DNA from: a virus
Taxonomy: Duplodnaviria; Caudoviricetes
Length of the DNA stretch: 31,651 nt
IMG/VR virus record: IMGVR_UViG_3300049436_000058
Location: 1-31,651 of that record
Strand: one strand, 5' to 3'
Of this stretch, positions 18,677 to 26,530 are shown piece after piece. The position numbers and the translations under genes were made by a program. A model generated the notes under the pieces. The model made no database searches, was not told the origin of the DNA, and worked only from the letters and a program-made list of their open reading frames with translations. Every line of letters starts with the position of its first letter. The stretch's first letter is position 1.

Positions 18677-20107
18677 ATGGCCAACCTGCCAGCAGCAAAC
18701 GCAATCACCGCGCTCGCGAACAACGCCGCCGCCCAGGCGCTTTTCGAAACCCTGCGCGACTGGCTTTCCCAGCTCCCGGCCGCGCCGGAAGTGCAGCTCA
18801 CCATCGCCGGCGGCACCATCACCCCGGCCACGCGCGACCAGGGCTCCGTCAAGGTCGAGACCGAGGCCGCCGCCGCGACCGACGACCTGGCCAACATTGC
18901 CCAGACCAACATCCAGGACGGCCAGCTGCTGCTCGTGCGCGCCTCCGTCGCCGGCCACACCGTCGTCGTCAAGCACGCCGCCGGCGGCGCCGGGCAGATC
19001 AAGCTCAAGCACAATGCCGACTGGAGCCTCAACGCCACCGACAAGTGGCTGCTGGTGAAGCGCATCGGCACCGACTGGCAGGAGATACTCCGCAGTTACG
19101 GCAACGACCCGGCCGCCGAGCGGGCCGCCATCGCAGCCGTCAACACGGTCATCGCCGCCATAACCGGCTCGCTCGCGCTCTCCGGCGTCGTCTCGCCATC
19201 GCAGTACACCAGCGATCAGAACGACCTGTCGCCGACCGGCTGGTCCGCCGGCCTCGCCGTCATCCGCTTCACCACCGACGCCTCGCGCAACTTCACCGGC
19301 CTGGCCGAAGGCGCCGCCGGCAAGCTCGCCGTATTCTTCAACGTCGGCAGCAACAACGGCGTCCTCAAAAACGAATCGGCCAGCAGCACGGCCGCCAACC
19401 GTTTCGCCCTGGACGCCGACGCCACCATCCCCCCCGGCCGCGCCGCGCTGCTGTGGTACGACACCACCAGCAGCCGCTGGCGTCCGCTGGCGCTGCCGGC
19501 AAGCACGGCCGCCTCGGCGCTGCTGCCGACCAAGCAGGTGTTCGATACGCAGTTGGCGGCCGCCTATTACGACGGGGCTACCAATGCGCCGGGCGGGTTC
19601 TGGAACAACTCCGGAGTGTTTTCCTCGGTTACGGAAACCGGATCGTTCACGGGCTGGAAATTTACCAACGCCGCCAACGGTTATGTTGTCCCCGCTGGCC
19701 TAGCGTTTAACCTGCTCGCCTGGCTCGCCACAAAGAATCCGATATTCGCCGTCAACATGTGCGACGACTCTGTTGCCGGGACACGTTACTGGGGCTTCTT
19801 CGCGTCGCTCGCGCCGGCCAACGGCATCTACTTCCGCCACACACTCAGCGGCAACCTGATTGCAGTCTGCCGCGCCGCCGGCGTGGAGACCGCCTACGAT
19901 ACGGGCATCGCGGCATCGACATCGGTGACGCGCGAGCTGAAGATCGTCGTCACCGCCGGCGGCACCAGCGTCGAGTTTTTCGTAGACGGCGCATCCGTCC
20001 AGACCATGACCACGAACATCCCGAGCGCGGCCATGATGGCCGGCCACGGCAGCAGTGCAGCGACTGTCGTCCGCATCGGCCACATGCACATCGAACAGGA
20101 GCTATAA
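18677..20107 (+). CDS. Tail fibre / receptor-binding protein
   Basis: 476 aa after J; modular beta-rich sequence with a lectin-like C-terminus (VEFFVDG....TTNIP). Confidence 0.7.
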   Translation: MANLPAANAITALANNAAAQALFETLRDWLSQLPAAPEVQLTIAGGTITPATRDQGSVKVETEAAAATDDLANIAQTNIQDGQLLLVRASVAGHTVVVKHAAGGAGQIKLKHNADWSLNATDKWLLVKRIGTDWQEILRSYGNDPAAERAAIAAVNTVIAAITGSLALSGVVSPSQYTSDQNDLSPTGWSAGLAVIRFTTDASRNFTGLAEGAAGKLAVFFNVGSNNGVLKNESASSTAANRFALDADATIPPGRAALLWYDTTSSRWRPLALPASTAASALLPTKQVFDTQLAAAYYDGATNAPGGFWNNSGVFSSVTETGSFTGWKFTNAANGYVVPAGLAFNLLAWLATKNPIFAVNMCDDSVAGTRYWGFFASLAPANGIYFRHTLSGNLIAVCRAAGVETAYDTGIAASTSVTRELKIVVTAGGTSVEFFVDGASVQTMTTNIPSAAMMAGHGSSAATVVRIGHMHIEQEL

Positions 20108-20108
20108 G

Positions 20109-20459
20109 ATGCCCTTCATCCTCTACAACGACCCGGACTACTACTATCGCGGTGCCCGCCAGAACGCCGAGGACACCGAGATCAGCGAGGCGCAGATGCT
20201 CGCCTGGGAACAGGCACAAGAGCAATCGACCGCCTCCGCAACCGCGGCAGCGGCCGCGTTGGCCGCCCGGAAAGACGTCGACGCCATTGAGGCGGCCGAA
20301 ACAAAAGCGGACGCGCAGGTGCAGACGTTCCTCAATTTCACGCCGGTGGAACTCGACGCGTGGGTTGACGCCAACATCACCGGCGCGGGCAACAAGACGG
20401 CGTTCAAGGTGCTCGGCCGCCTGGCGCAAGTCGCCGCGCGCGGGAGGGCGCTGCGGTGA
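20109..20459 (+). CDS. Hypothetical protein, possible fibre assembly chaperone
   Basis: 116 aa from ATG 20109 (AGGAG RBS), directly after the fibre gene. Confidence 0.6.
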   Translation: MPFILYNDPDYYYRGARQNAEDTEISEAQMLAWEQAQEQSTASATAAAAALAARKDVDAIEAAETKADAQVQTFLNFTPVELDAWVDANITGAGNKTAFKVLGRLAQVAARGRALR

Positions 20460-20800
20460 GGACGATACTCGTCATCCTGCTCTGCGCCCTTTCCGCCGGC
20501 GCCGCCGCGGCACCGTCCGCCCTCGAAGAGACCCGCTACTGCGGCGATCCGCGCCGCACCGCCGCCGGCCACATCCTCCGCCGCGCCGACGTCCTCGTCG
20601 AATTCCGCCGCCTCTACGCCTGCCCGGCCACCGCCCGGCACACCGGCCCATGCCCCGGCTGGGCCATCGACCACGTCATCCCGCTGGCCGTCGGCGGTTG
20701 CGACGCCGTGCGCAACCTGCAGTGGCTGCCCGGCGCGCTGAAATCGTGCTCGGGCACGGTCTGCAAGGATCGGTGGGAGCGGGAGGTGTACAAGAAATGA
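20456..20800 (+). CDS. HNH-like protein with a signal peptide
   Basis: CPAT....GPCPGWAIDHVIPLAVGGCDAVRNLQWL; hydrophobic N-terminus ending AAAA. Confidence 0.75.
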   Translation: MRTILVILLCALSAGAAAAPSALEETRYCGDPRRTAAGHILRRADVLVEFRRLYACPATARHTGPCPGWAIDHVIPLAVGGCDAVRNLQWLPGALKSCSGTVCKDRWEREVYKK

Positions 20801-21282
20801 CCGCGATGATCGCTACCCGGATAGGCTTCCCGACGATCGAGGAGATCAACTCGCTGTCGTCGATGCGAGGGATTGCCTACAAGGAGGGCTACAAATATCA
20901 GCTCGTCGCGGACTACGTTGTCCGCACGCCGGTCCGGCCGCCGCGGAACATCATCACCGACTGGTTCGCGCTCACCACGGAGGGCGTGCTCTACGTCTTC
21001 AAGGGCTATGCCTGGGACGGCGCCAGCGGCCCGACCTGGGACACCGACTCGTCGATGCGCCCCTCCCTCATTCACGATTGCTTCTGCCAGATGATGAAGG
21101 AGCGGTTGATCGACTACCGCACCTGGGAGAAGACGGTGCACCAGCAGTTCCACGATCACTGCATCGAGGACGGCATGTGGCCCTTCCGCGCCTCGCTCTG
21201 GCACTCCGGCGTCATCATCGGCCAGGGCGGTAACCCGGACAACCCGGACGACAATCCCGTTCTTCACGCGCCCAAGGAGTGA
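20797..21282 (+). CDS. DUF1353-like protein
   Basis: KGYAWDGASGP and SLIHDCFCQ motifs; ATGA overlap at 20797. Confidence 0.7.
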   Translation: MTAMIATRIGFPTIEEINSLSSMRGIAYKEGYKYQLVADYVVRTPVRPPRNIITDWFALTTEGVLYVFKGYAWDGASGPTWDTDSSMRPSLIHDCFCQMMKERLIDYRTWEKTVHQQFHDHCIEDGMWPFRASLWHSGVIIGQGGNPDNPDDNPVLHAPKE

Positions 21283-21284
21283 GC

Positions 21285-21662
21285 ATGGCCGAACCGACGG
21301 CAACCACCGCAGCCGCCACTGCCGCCACCACGGCCGGCTTCACGATCTTCGGCTATCTGGCCGGCTTGCATCCGGACCTCGTCATCGCCGGACTGGTTGG
21401 CGGCATCGCGGCGATCCTCGCCATGGAAACCATGCCCGCGCGGCAGCGGATCGAGTCCGTCCTCGTCGCCATCGTCACGTCAGGGCTGTGCGGCCCGATC
21501 CTGGTCTTCGCGGCGCCGCGCATCTTCCCCGACGTGCTGGGCGGCATCGACACCGGCGCCCTGCGCCTGGCGGTCGGCTTCGTGCTCGGCGTGCTCGCAT
21601 ACGGCGTGCTGGTGCCGGCACTCATCCGCCGCGTCGGCCGCGAACTGGGGGGGCGAAAATGA
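21285..21662 (+). CDS. Putative holin
   Basis: AAGGAG RBS; about 3 hydrophobic segments, basic C-terminus; upstream of the endolysin. Confidence 0.65.
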   Translation: MAEPTATTAAATAATTAGFTIFGYLAGLHPDLVIAGLVGGIAAILAMETMPARQRIESVLVAIVTSGLCGPILVFAAPRIFPDVLGGIDTGALRLAVGFVLGVLAYGVLVPALIRRVGRELGGRK

Positions 21663-21949
21663 GCCTCGATCAGATCCTGTTCCTCGCCATTGTTCTGGTC
21701 GCCACAGTCAAGATCGAGTGCGCCTTCCAGCGCATGAGCTGGCGCACCTGGCCGCCGCGCTGGCTCGCCGACCTGGTGCTGCTGGTGGCCAGCGCCGCCG
21801 GCGCCCGCGAGATCCTCGCCCACGCCTGGCAGCCCGGCTGGGTGCCGCTGCTGCTGCTCGCCGGCGCGACCTTGCTGCTCGTTTTCGAGCGCCGGTCGCC
21901 CGTCACCTGCAAGCCAAAAAATGATCCCGCCACCCACCATCCCGTTTGA
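21659..21949 (+). CDS. Second membrane protein of the lysis module (holin/antiholin-like)
   Basis: ATGA overlap; 96 aa with about 3 hydrophobic segments. Confidence 0.6.
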   Translation: MSLDQILFLAIVLVATVKIECAFQRMSWRTWPPRWLADLVLLVASAAGAREILAHAWQPGWVPLLLLAGATLLLVFERRSPVTCKPKNDPATHHPV

Positions 21950-22055
21950 TGCGGGTGAAGCCTTCGACCCGATCGCCTTTTTCGGCGCCGTCGGCCTGGT
22001 GTCCGGCCTCGTGCTAGGCATGTTGGCGGTGCTGGCCTGGGGGATTCCATCATGA
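21921..22055 (+). CDS. 44-aa single-TM peptide (not in the ORF track)
   Basis: MIPPPTIPFDAGEAFDPIAFFGAVGLVSGLVLGMLAVLAWGIPS; fills the gap and its TGA overlaps the endolysin ATG. Confidence 0.5.
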   Translation: MIPPPTIPFDAGEAFDPIAFFGAVGLVSGLVLGMLAVLAWGIPS

Positions 22056-22561
22056 GATCCATCGACACCCTCGTCATCCACTGCTCGGCCACGCAGAATG
22101 GGCGGTGGACTACCGCCCCGGACATCGACCGCTGGCACGACGACCGTGGCTTCGAGCGCCGCGACCACTGGCGCGAACGCTTCAACCCGGACTACAAGGC
22201 CATCGGCTACCACTTCGTTATTTACACCGACGGCCAGGTGGTCACCGGCCGCCACCTCGACGAGGTCGGCGCCCACGCCAGCGGCCACAACGCCCGCTCG
22301 ATCGGCGTCTGCATGATCGGCACCAGCGCCTACACCGTTGCCCAGTGGCGCGCCCTCGACGGCCTGGTGGCCAAGATGCGCACCCGCTATCCCACTGCGC
22401 GGATCCTCGGCCACCGCGACCTGTCGCCGGATATCGACGGCGACGGCACCATCGAACCGAACGAATGGCTCAAGACCTGCCCCGGCTTCGACGTGGCCAC
22501 CTGGTTAACGTCACACGGAAACATCCCGGAGGCGCTGGTGCTCGAAGCGCCGGCCGACTGA
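22052..22561 (+). CDS. Endolysin, N-acetylmuramoyl-L-alanine amidase (T7 lysozyme-like)
   Basis: VIHCSAT, IGYHF, GAHASGHN..SIGVCMIG, GHRDLSPD and KTCPGFDV motifs. Confidence 0.95.
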   Translation: MRSIDTLVIHCSATQNGRWTTAPDIDRWHDDRGFERRDHWRERFNPDYKAIGYHFVIYTDGQVVTGRHLDEVGAHASGHNARSIGVCMIGTSAYTVAQWRALDGLVAKMRTRYPTARILGHRDLSPDIDGDGTIEPNEWLKTCPGFDVATWLTSHGNIPEALVLEAPAD

Positions 22562-22624
22562 TCAGGCCCGCCCCCCCGCCCGCCTTCTCTGACCGGGAAA
22601 GGGCGGGGGCGGTGAGGGGCCTGA
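22562..22624 (+). other. Long imperfect GC-rich hairpin ending the late operon
   Basis: TCAGGCCC...GGGCCTGA outer arms with CCGCCC/GGGCGG inner arms; no clear U tract. Confidence 0.5.
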
Positions 22625-22633
22625 AACTAATCC

Positions 22634-22662
22634 TTGACAAGTTCGCAAACGCGAACTAAGAT
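22634..22662 (+). promoter_or_regulatory. Strong sigma70 promoter with a palindromic operator in the spacer
   Basis: TTGACA (22634-39), 17 nt, TAAGAT (22657-62); inverted repeat AGTTCGC-AAAC-GCGAACT at 22640-22657. Confidence 0.88.
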
Positions 22663-22713
22663 TCAAACCATGGAGGGCGGCATTCGGCAGCCCCCACTCT
22701 CAGGAGAGTCAAG

Positions 22714-22986
22714 ATGAAATTCCAAAAGTGGCAACACCCCAAGACCGATGAAGTGCGCATCTACGTGAATGGTGCGGCTGGCTTCGGCGTCAAGGTCTAC
22801 GTGGTCGACGGCGGTGTGACCGGACACTACCCGGCCGACTTCCCGGAAGTGGTGGTGCGCGCCGACCACATGATCGGCCAGTCGCAGGTCGACGCGATCA
22901 TGAATGATGTTGAACAGCATGTGTGCGAGGCCCTGAGCCTCGATCGCGGCATGAAGTATTCCGACATCGTTAAACTCGCGCCATGA
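22714..22986 (+). CDS. Candidate anti-CRISPR / anti-defence protein, 90 aa
   Basis: Small ORF with AGGAG RBS between a strong operator-bearing promoter and an aca2-like gene (ATGA overlap). Function is by association only. Confidence 0.6.
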   Translation: MKFQKWQHPKTDEVRIYVNGAAGFGVKVYVVDGGVTGHYPADFPEVVVRADHMIGQSQVDAIMNDVEQHVCEALSLDRGMKYSDIVKLAP

Positions 22987-23456
22987 CCCCTTCCAGCCTG
23001 CAGGCGCTGCGGCGCCTGCTCTTCTTCTCCGTCGAGGAGGCCGCGCTGCTGGTGGCGGCGTCCGCCGATCGCCCGCAGGGCGTCTCGCCGCGGTCCTGGC
23101 AGTACTGGGAGCGCGGCGAGCGGCCGGTGCCGACCGACGTGGCCGAGACGATCCGCCATCTGTGCGCCTGGCGCGCGCAGGCCATCGCCACGGCCGATGC
23201 CGCCGTGGCCTCAATGCAGGCCCGCCACAGCGCTCCGGCCGATGTCGTGCTGATCTGGTATCAGACGCTCGACGATTGGGCTTCCATGGCCGGACGTGAG
23301 CCGCTGCAATGGCGGCCGCAGTGTTCGGTAGTGGCGGAGCTGGCCGCGCGACACGGCGCGCGCCTGGTGACGTTCGACGGGCCAGGCTATGCCGCCTGGC
23401 TCGGCCGGCGGCAGGATTCGGAGACGATGCGGTCTGAGTGGGCGGCGAGTCTTTAA
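22983..23456 (+). CDS. aca2: Aca2/YdiL (DUF1870) family HTH regulator
   Basis: LQALRRLL..SVEEAA...VSPRSWQYWERGERPVP.DV and Y.TLDDW....WR...SV match my recollection of the Aca2 pattern. Confidence 0.85.
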   Translation: MTPSSLQALRRLLFFSVEEAALLVAASADRPQGVSPRSWQYWERGERPVPTDVAETIRHLCAWRAQAIATADAAVASMQARHSAPADVVLIWYQTLDDWASMAGREPLQWRPQCSVVAELAARHGARLVTFDGPGYAAWLGRRQDSETMRSEWAASL

Positions 23457-24994
23457 GCCGCTTTTTTATTCCTCGGCGCCTGAAACGGCACCGAGCCATG
23501 CAGAATGGGGTTATCACCAGTTCCCCGTGGGGACGCCACCTTAACCCCACTTGCGCCGATCCGGTAGCGGATCGATCCGGCGCGGGTGGCGGGATCCAGC
23601 ACGATCTTCTCGATGAAGCCGCCGAGGAAGTCCTTCAGGGCGGCGCGATCGAGCTCGGCCATGTCTTCGGCCAGGGCGCCGAGCATTCGGCGCACGTCGC
23701 TCTCTTTCACGGCTGCCAGCGTCTTGGCGCGCCGCGTCTCTTCTTCCAGCCTGGCCAGCCGCTGGCTGGTCGTCTCGCGTTCCTTCTCCAGTTCATCCAG
23801 TCGCCGCAGCAGCGGGCCGGGCATTTCAGCGGCTTCGAGGAGTGCAGTCAGCTTGCGGATCCGCGTGTCGGTGTCGCGCAGCTCTGCCTGCAGGGTCTGC
23901 AGCTCGGCGCCGTCGCCCGGCTGTTGCGCCGCTCTGGCGGTTTCGGTCATGGCCTTGACGATGGCGTCGCTGCGGATGTCGATCGCCATCTGCTGCAGGA
24001 CGGCCTCCTCGAGCATGGCCGAACGGATGTTCGCGCTGCCGGCGCGATAGTTGCCGGCATTGCCGTGCCAGGCTCCCCCGTCGGGCGTCAGAACCTTGCC
24101 GGCGAGGAGATAGTCCGATGCGCGGACACGGGTCGCCCGGGCGGCTTTGTTTCCCTCCAGGCGCGCCAGGATGGCCTCGGCGGCCGCGTCGGCGATGAGG
24201 GCGGCGTGTGTATCGCGCTGGATGATCCATTCGGTCCTGGGCCGCCGGCGGCCGCCGGCGCCTCCTTCTTCCTTGCCACGGTGCATGTTCCAGACGGTGT
24301 GTCCGGCGTAGGTGAGGGCGGACCATTCCAGGTGCGCCAGACTGCTGGGGGCGAGATCGATGCCGAGCGTCTGGGCGAGCTGGCGGCCGTTCTTGCCGGC
24401 GGCGCGGCCGTTGAGCCAGGCGGCGATCTTCTCGCCGTTGGCGTCCGGCTCGAGCCGGCTCTTCAGGACCGGCTGGCCGTCGCGCACGACGCCGGTGTCG
24501 ATCGGCACCAGGCGGTAGCCGTAGGGCGCGCGGCCGCCGGCGCGGTAGCCGTTGCGGACGTTCTCGGCCATGCCGGCGAGGCCCTTCTCGCGGCTCATGA
24601 GGCTGTGCACTTCGTCCATCGCCTGCAGCACGCTGTCGAGGATCACCTGGGAGATCGGGTCGACCTCGGGCACCTTGGCGAAGACGATGTCGACGCCGAG
24701 CTTCTTGCATTCGTGGCGGAAGGCCTCGGCGATGTAGCGGCGGCGGCCGATGCGGCTGGTGTCGTAGATGAGGATGGCGGACCAGGCGCGGCCGCGCACC
24801 TTCATGTCGCGCAGCAGCTGCTGGAAGCCGGCCCGGTCGGTGTCCTTGCCGGACTCGACGGCGTCGGTGTACTCAGCGGTGACGATCAGGTCGCGGGCCC
24901 TGGCCAGCGCCAGCAGCTCGTGACGTTGCGCCTGTATCGAGATCGCGCTGCGGTCCTTCGACGACCGACAGTAGAGGGCGGCTTGTCTTGGCAT
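23453..24994 (-). CDS. Large serine recombinase (phage integrase)
   Basis: Catalytic YCRSS, D...SG....R.GFQQLL, DTSRIGR, GGRAPYGY motifs and a C-terminal coiled coil; 513 aa. Confidence 0.95.
   Translation of the reverse strand: MPRQAALYCRSSKDRSAISIQAQRHELLALARARDLIVTAEYTDAVESGKDTDRAGFQQLLRDMKVRGRAWSAILIYDTSRIGRRRYIAEAFRHECKKLGVDIVFAKVPEVDPISQVILDSVLQAMDEVHSLMSREKGLAGMAENVRNGYRAGGRAPYGYRLVPIDTGVVRDGQPVLKSRLEPDANGEKIAAWLNGRAAGKNGRQLAQTLGIDLAPSSLAHLEWSALTYAGHTVWNMHRGKEEGGAGGRRRPRTEWIIQRDTHAALIADAAAEAILARLEGNKAARATRVRASDYLLAGKVLTPDGGAWHGNAGNYRAGSANIRSAMLEEAVLQQMAIDIRSDAIVKAMTETARAAQQPGDGAELQTLQAELRDTDTRIRKLTALLEAAEMPGPLLRRLDELEKERETTSQRLARLEEETRRAKTLAAVKESDVRRMLGALAEDMAELDRAALKDFLGGFIEKIVLDPATRAGSIRYRIGASGVKVASPRGTGDNPILHGSVPFQAPRNKKAA
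23506..23549. other. attP site with a core matching a tRNA-Glu 3' end
   Basis: Dyad centred on GT (23527-28): TCCCC/GGGGA inner arms and TGGGGTTA/TAACCCCA outer arms at symmetric positions. TCCCCGTGGGGACGCCA (23522-38) resembles the 3' end of proteobacterial tRNA-Glu. Confidence 0.8.
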
Positions 24995-25085
24995 GGAAGT
25001 CCAGGATCAGCGCCACGGCCGCGTCGGCGACCAGGCGTGCGTCCGGTTGGTTTTCGGCGGTGATTGTGAGCGCGGGGCGAGGCAT
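24873..25085 (-). CDS. Small hypothetical protein overlapping the integrase start
   Basis: 70 aa; ATG 3 nt after the upstream stop. Confidence 0.5.
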   Translation of the reverse strand: MPRPALTITAENQPDARLVADAAVALILDFHAKTSRPLLSVVEGPQRDLDTGATSRAAGAGQGPRPDRHR

Positions 25086-25088
25086 GGG

Positions 25089-25394
25089 TCAAGCGGAGGG
25101 TTCGTAGTCTTCCGTTTCCTGCTCGAGGAACGATCGCACGCCTGACCATTGGCCGAGCTGCTCTTTGGTCATCACATCGACTCCGCGCTGAATGACATCC
25201 TTGGCGACGGCGACCTGCGTCTTGAGACGGGCGTTCTCCTCCTTTGTTTTTGCCAGGAAGGCGCTCGGGAATAACCCTTCGGCTATGGATTGGAAAACTT
25301 TATCCATAGCGCGCTCCATGCCGGCGCGCGCTCCATCTTCAACGCGACGCATCAGTTGCCGACGTTTTCTGTAGAAGGATTTGGCGCGCTTCAT
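25089..25394 (-). CDS. Hypothetical protein
   Basis: 101 aa from the ATGA overlap at 25394; more AT-rich than its neighbours. Confidence 0.65.
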   Translation of the reverse strand: MKRAKSFYRKRRQLMRRVEDGARAGMERAMDKVFQSIAEGLFPSAFLAKTKEENARLKTQVAVAKDVIQRGVDVMTKEQLGQWSGVRSFLEQETEDYEPSA

Positions 25395-25582
25395 GTCGAG
25401 CCTTCGCACTCTCCGAACACCTTTTTCTCGATCTCCTGCAGGATTTCCTCCTGCTTCTCGGTGAGCGCCGGGCGCGCCTTCCACTCGGCCAGGCGCTCAC
25501 GCTCCCAGCTGGTGACGCCGTACTGCCCCCAGACGCCGCGGCACTCATCCTCGATCTTCTCGATGCGGGCGACGTGGGTCAT
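25391..25582 (-). CDS. Hypothetical protein
   Basis: 63 aa; ATGA overlaps at both ends. Confidence 0.7.
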   Translation of the reverse strand: MTHVARIEKIEDECRGVWGQYGVTSWERERLAEWKARPALTEKQEEILQEIEKKVFGECEGST

Positions 25583-25989
25583 GACATCGGTCCCATCAGT
25601 AGCTCGGTTTTCCGGTAGCACGTCACGCCGTCCTCGAAATCCTCCTCATCGCAAACCTCCGCGCAGTTGCAGCCATCGCGGCAGGGCTCGTGGCGCGTCT
25701 CCGGACGAAGCAGGCCGTGCTTCTCTGCGGCCTCCTGCAGAGATCCGCCGTCGAGGTCGCCGCAGGGCCACACCCGCATCACGTCCTGGGCGAAGGCACG
25801 CAGGGCATCGCGCATCGCCATTTCCTGCTGGCGGGCCTTGTCGGTGGCGCGGATCGTGTCCCACGCGGCCTTGATGTCGGCGCGCAACCGCGCGATCGCG
25901 TCGGCCGCGTCCAGGCATCGGCATTGCAGCTCGTGACTGCTTTCGTTGGTGCTGCTGTTCCGCAGCCTTTCGAGGATGTCTTCCATCAT
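25579..25989 (-). CDS. Phage hypothetical protein with a Cys-rich C-terminus
   Basis: DILERLR...AADAIARLR phage motif; PC..GCNCAE; ATGA overlaps. Confidence 0.7.
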   Translation of the reverse strand: MMEDILERLRNSSTNESSHELQCRCLDAADAIARLRADIKAAWDTIRATDKARQQEMAMRDALRAFAQDVMRVWPCGDLDGGSLQEAAEKHGLLRPETRHEPCRDGCNCAEVCDEEDFEDGVTCYRKTELLMGPMS

Positions 25990-26246
25990 GATTTCCCCCA
26001 TTGAGCTCTCAACCACGGATGCACCCGCATGGCGCAGACGATGGCCAACGGGCCGCCGGCCAGGTAGGTGGCGATCTCCAGGCCGCCGGCGTCGGGTGCG
26101 AGCTTGTACAGCGCCAGCTGGCTGATGCCGATGAAGAGGCTGGTGAAGAACGCGGCGACGGGATGGCCGTGCTGGACGTTGAGCTGCTGCACGCCGAGCA
26201 GGAAGACCAGGGCGAAGGTGCTGGCGAAGAGGGTGAGGGCGGTCAT
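25986..26246 (-). CDS. Small membrane protein
   Basis: 86 aa, 3 hydrophobic segments, ATGA overlaps. Confidence 0.75.
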   Translation of the reverse strand: MTALTLFASTFALVFLLGVQQLNVQHGHPVAAFFTSLFIGISQLALYKLAPDAGGLEIATYLAGGPLAIVCAMRVHPWLRAQWGKS

Positions 26247-26530
26247 TTCAGCCGGTGCTGCCGCACGGTGTAGCCCTTGCCTTGCTGGACGACGTCGCCG
26301 GGAGGCGCCGGCAAGGCGGGCGCGCCGGCGGCGGAGAGGAAACCGGTGGCGTCCTTGCCGCCGGTGGCGTGGATGAAGTCGACCTCGACCTTGGCGGTGT
26401 TGATGATGGTCTGCGCCACGTCGGTGATGGCCTTGGCGCGTGCGATGAGTTCTGGCTTGGGGTTCGCGCCCTGGAGTTCGTCGAGCGCCTTGAACAGGCT
26501 TTCGCGCAGGTCAGCGATGGTCTTGCTCAT
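26243..26530 (-). CDS. Phage hypothetical protein
   Basis: 95 aa; LRESLF..L..L...RAKAI..VAQTIINTAKVEVDF, a family often next to HNH genes; GGAG RBS. Confidence 0.8.
   Translation of the reverse strand: MSKTIADLRESLFKALDELQGANPKPELIARAKAITDVAQTIINTAKVEVDFIHATGGKDATGFLSAAGAPALPAPPGDVVQQGKGYTVRQHRLK

Noticed and set aside
18677-20107. Diversity-generating retroelement target
   Set aside because: No reverse transcriptase or template/variable repeat pair seen in the window.
19759-20796. 507-aa ORF extension upstream of the DUF1353-like gene
   Set aside because: Overlaps three better ORFs; the ATGA-coupled start at 20797 fits.
21279-21290. Holin dual-start motif (GTG AGC ATG)
   Set aside because: The GTG overlaps the only RBS and no charged residue lies between the starts; ATG 21285 suffices.
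23522-23538. tRNA gene
   Set aside because: Only 17 nt resemble a tRNA 3' end; there is no TTCGA T-loop or upstream cloverleaf, so it is an att core and not a prophage boundary.
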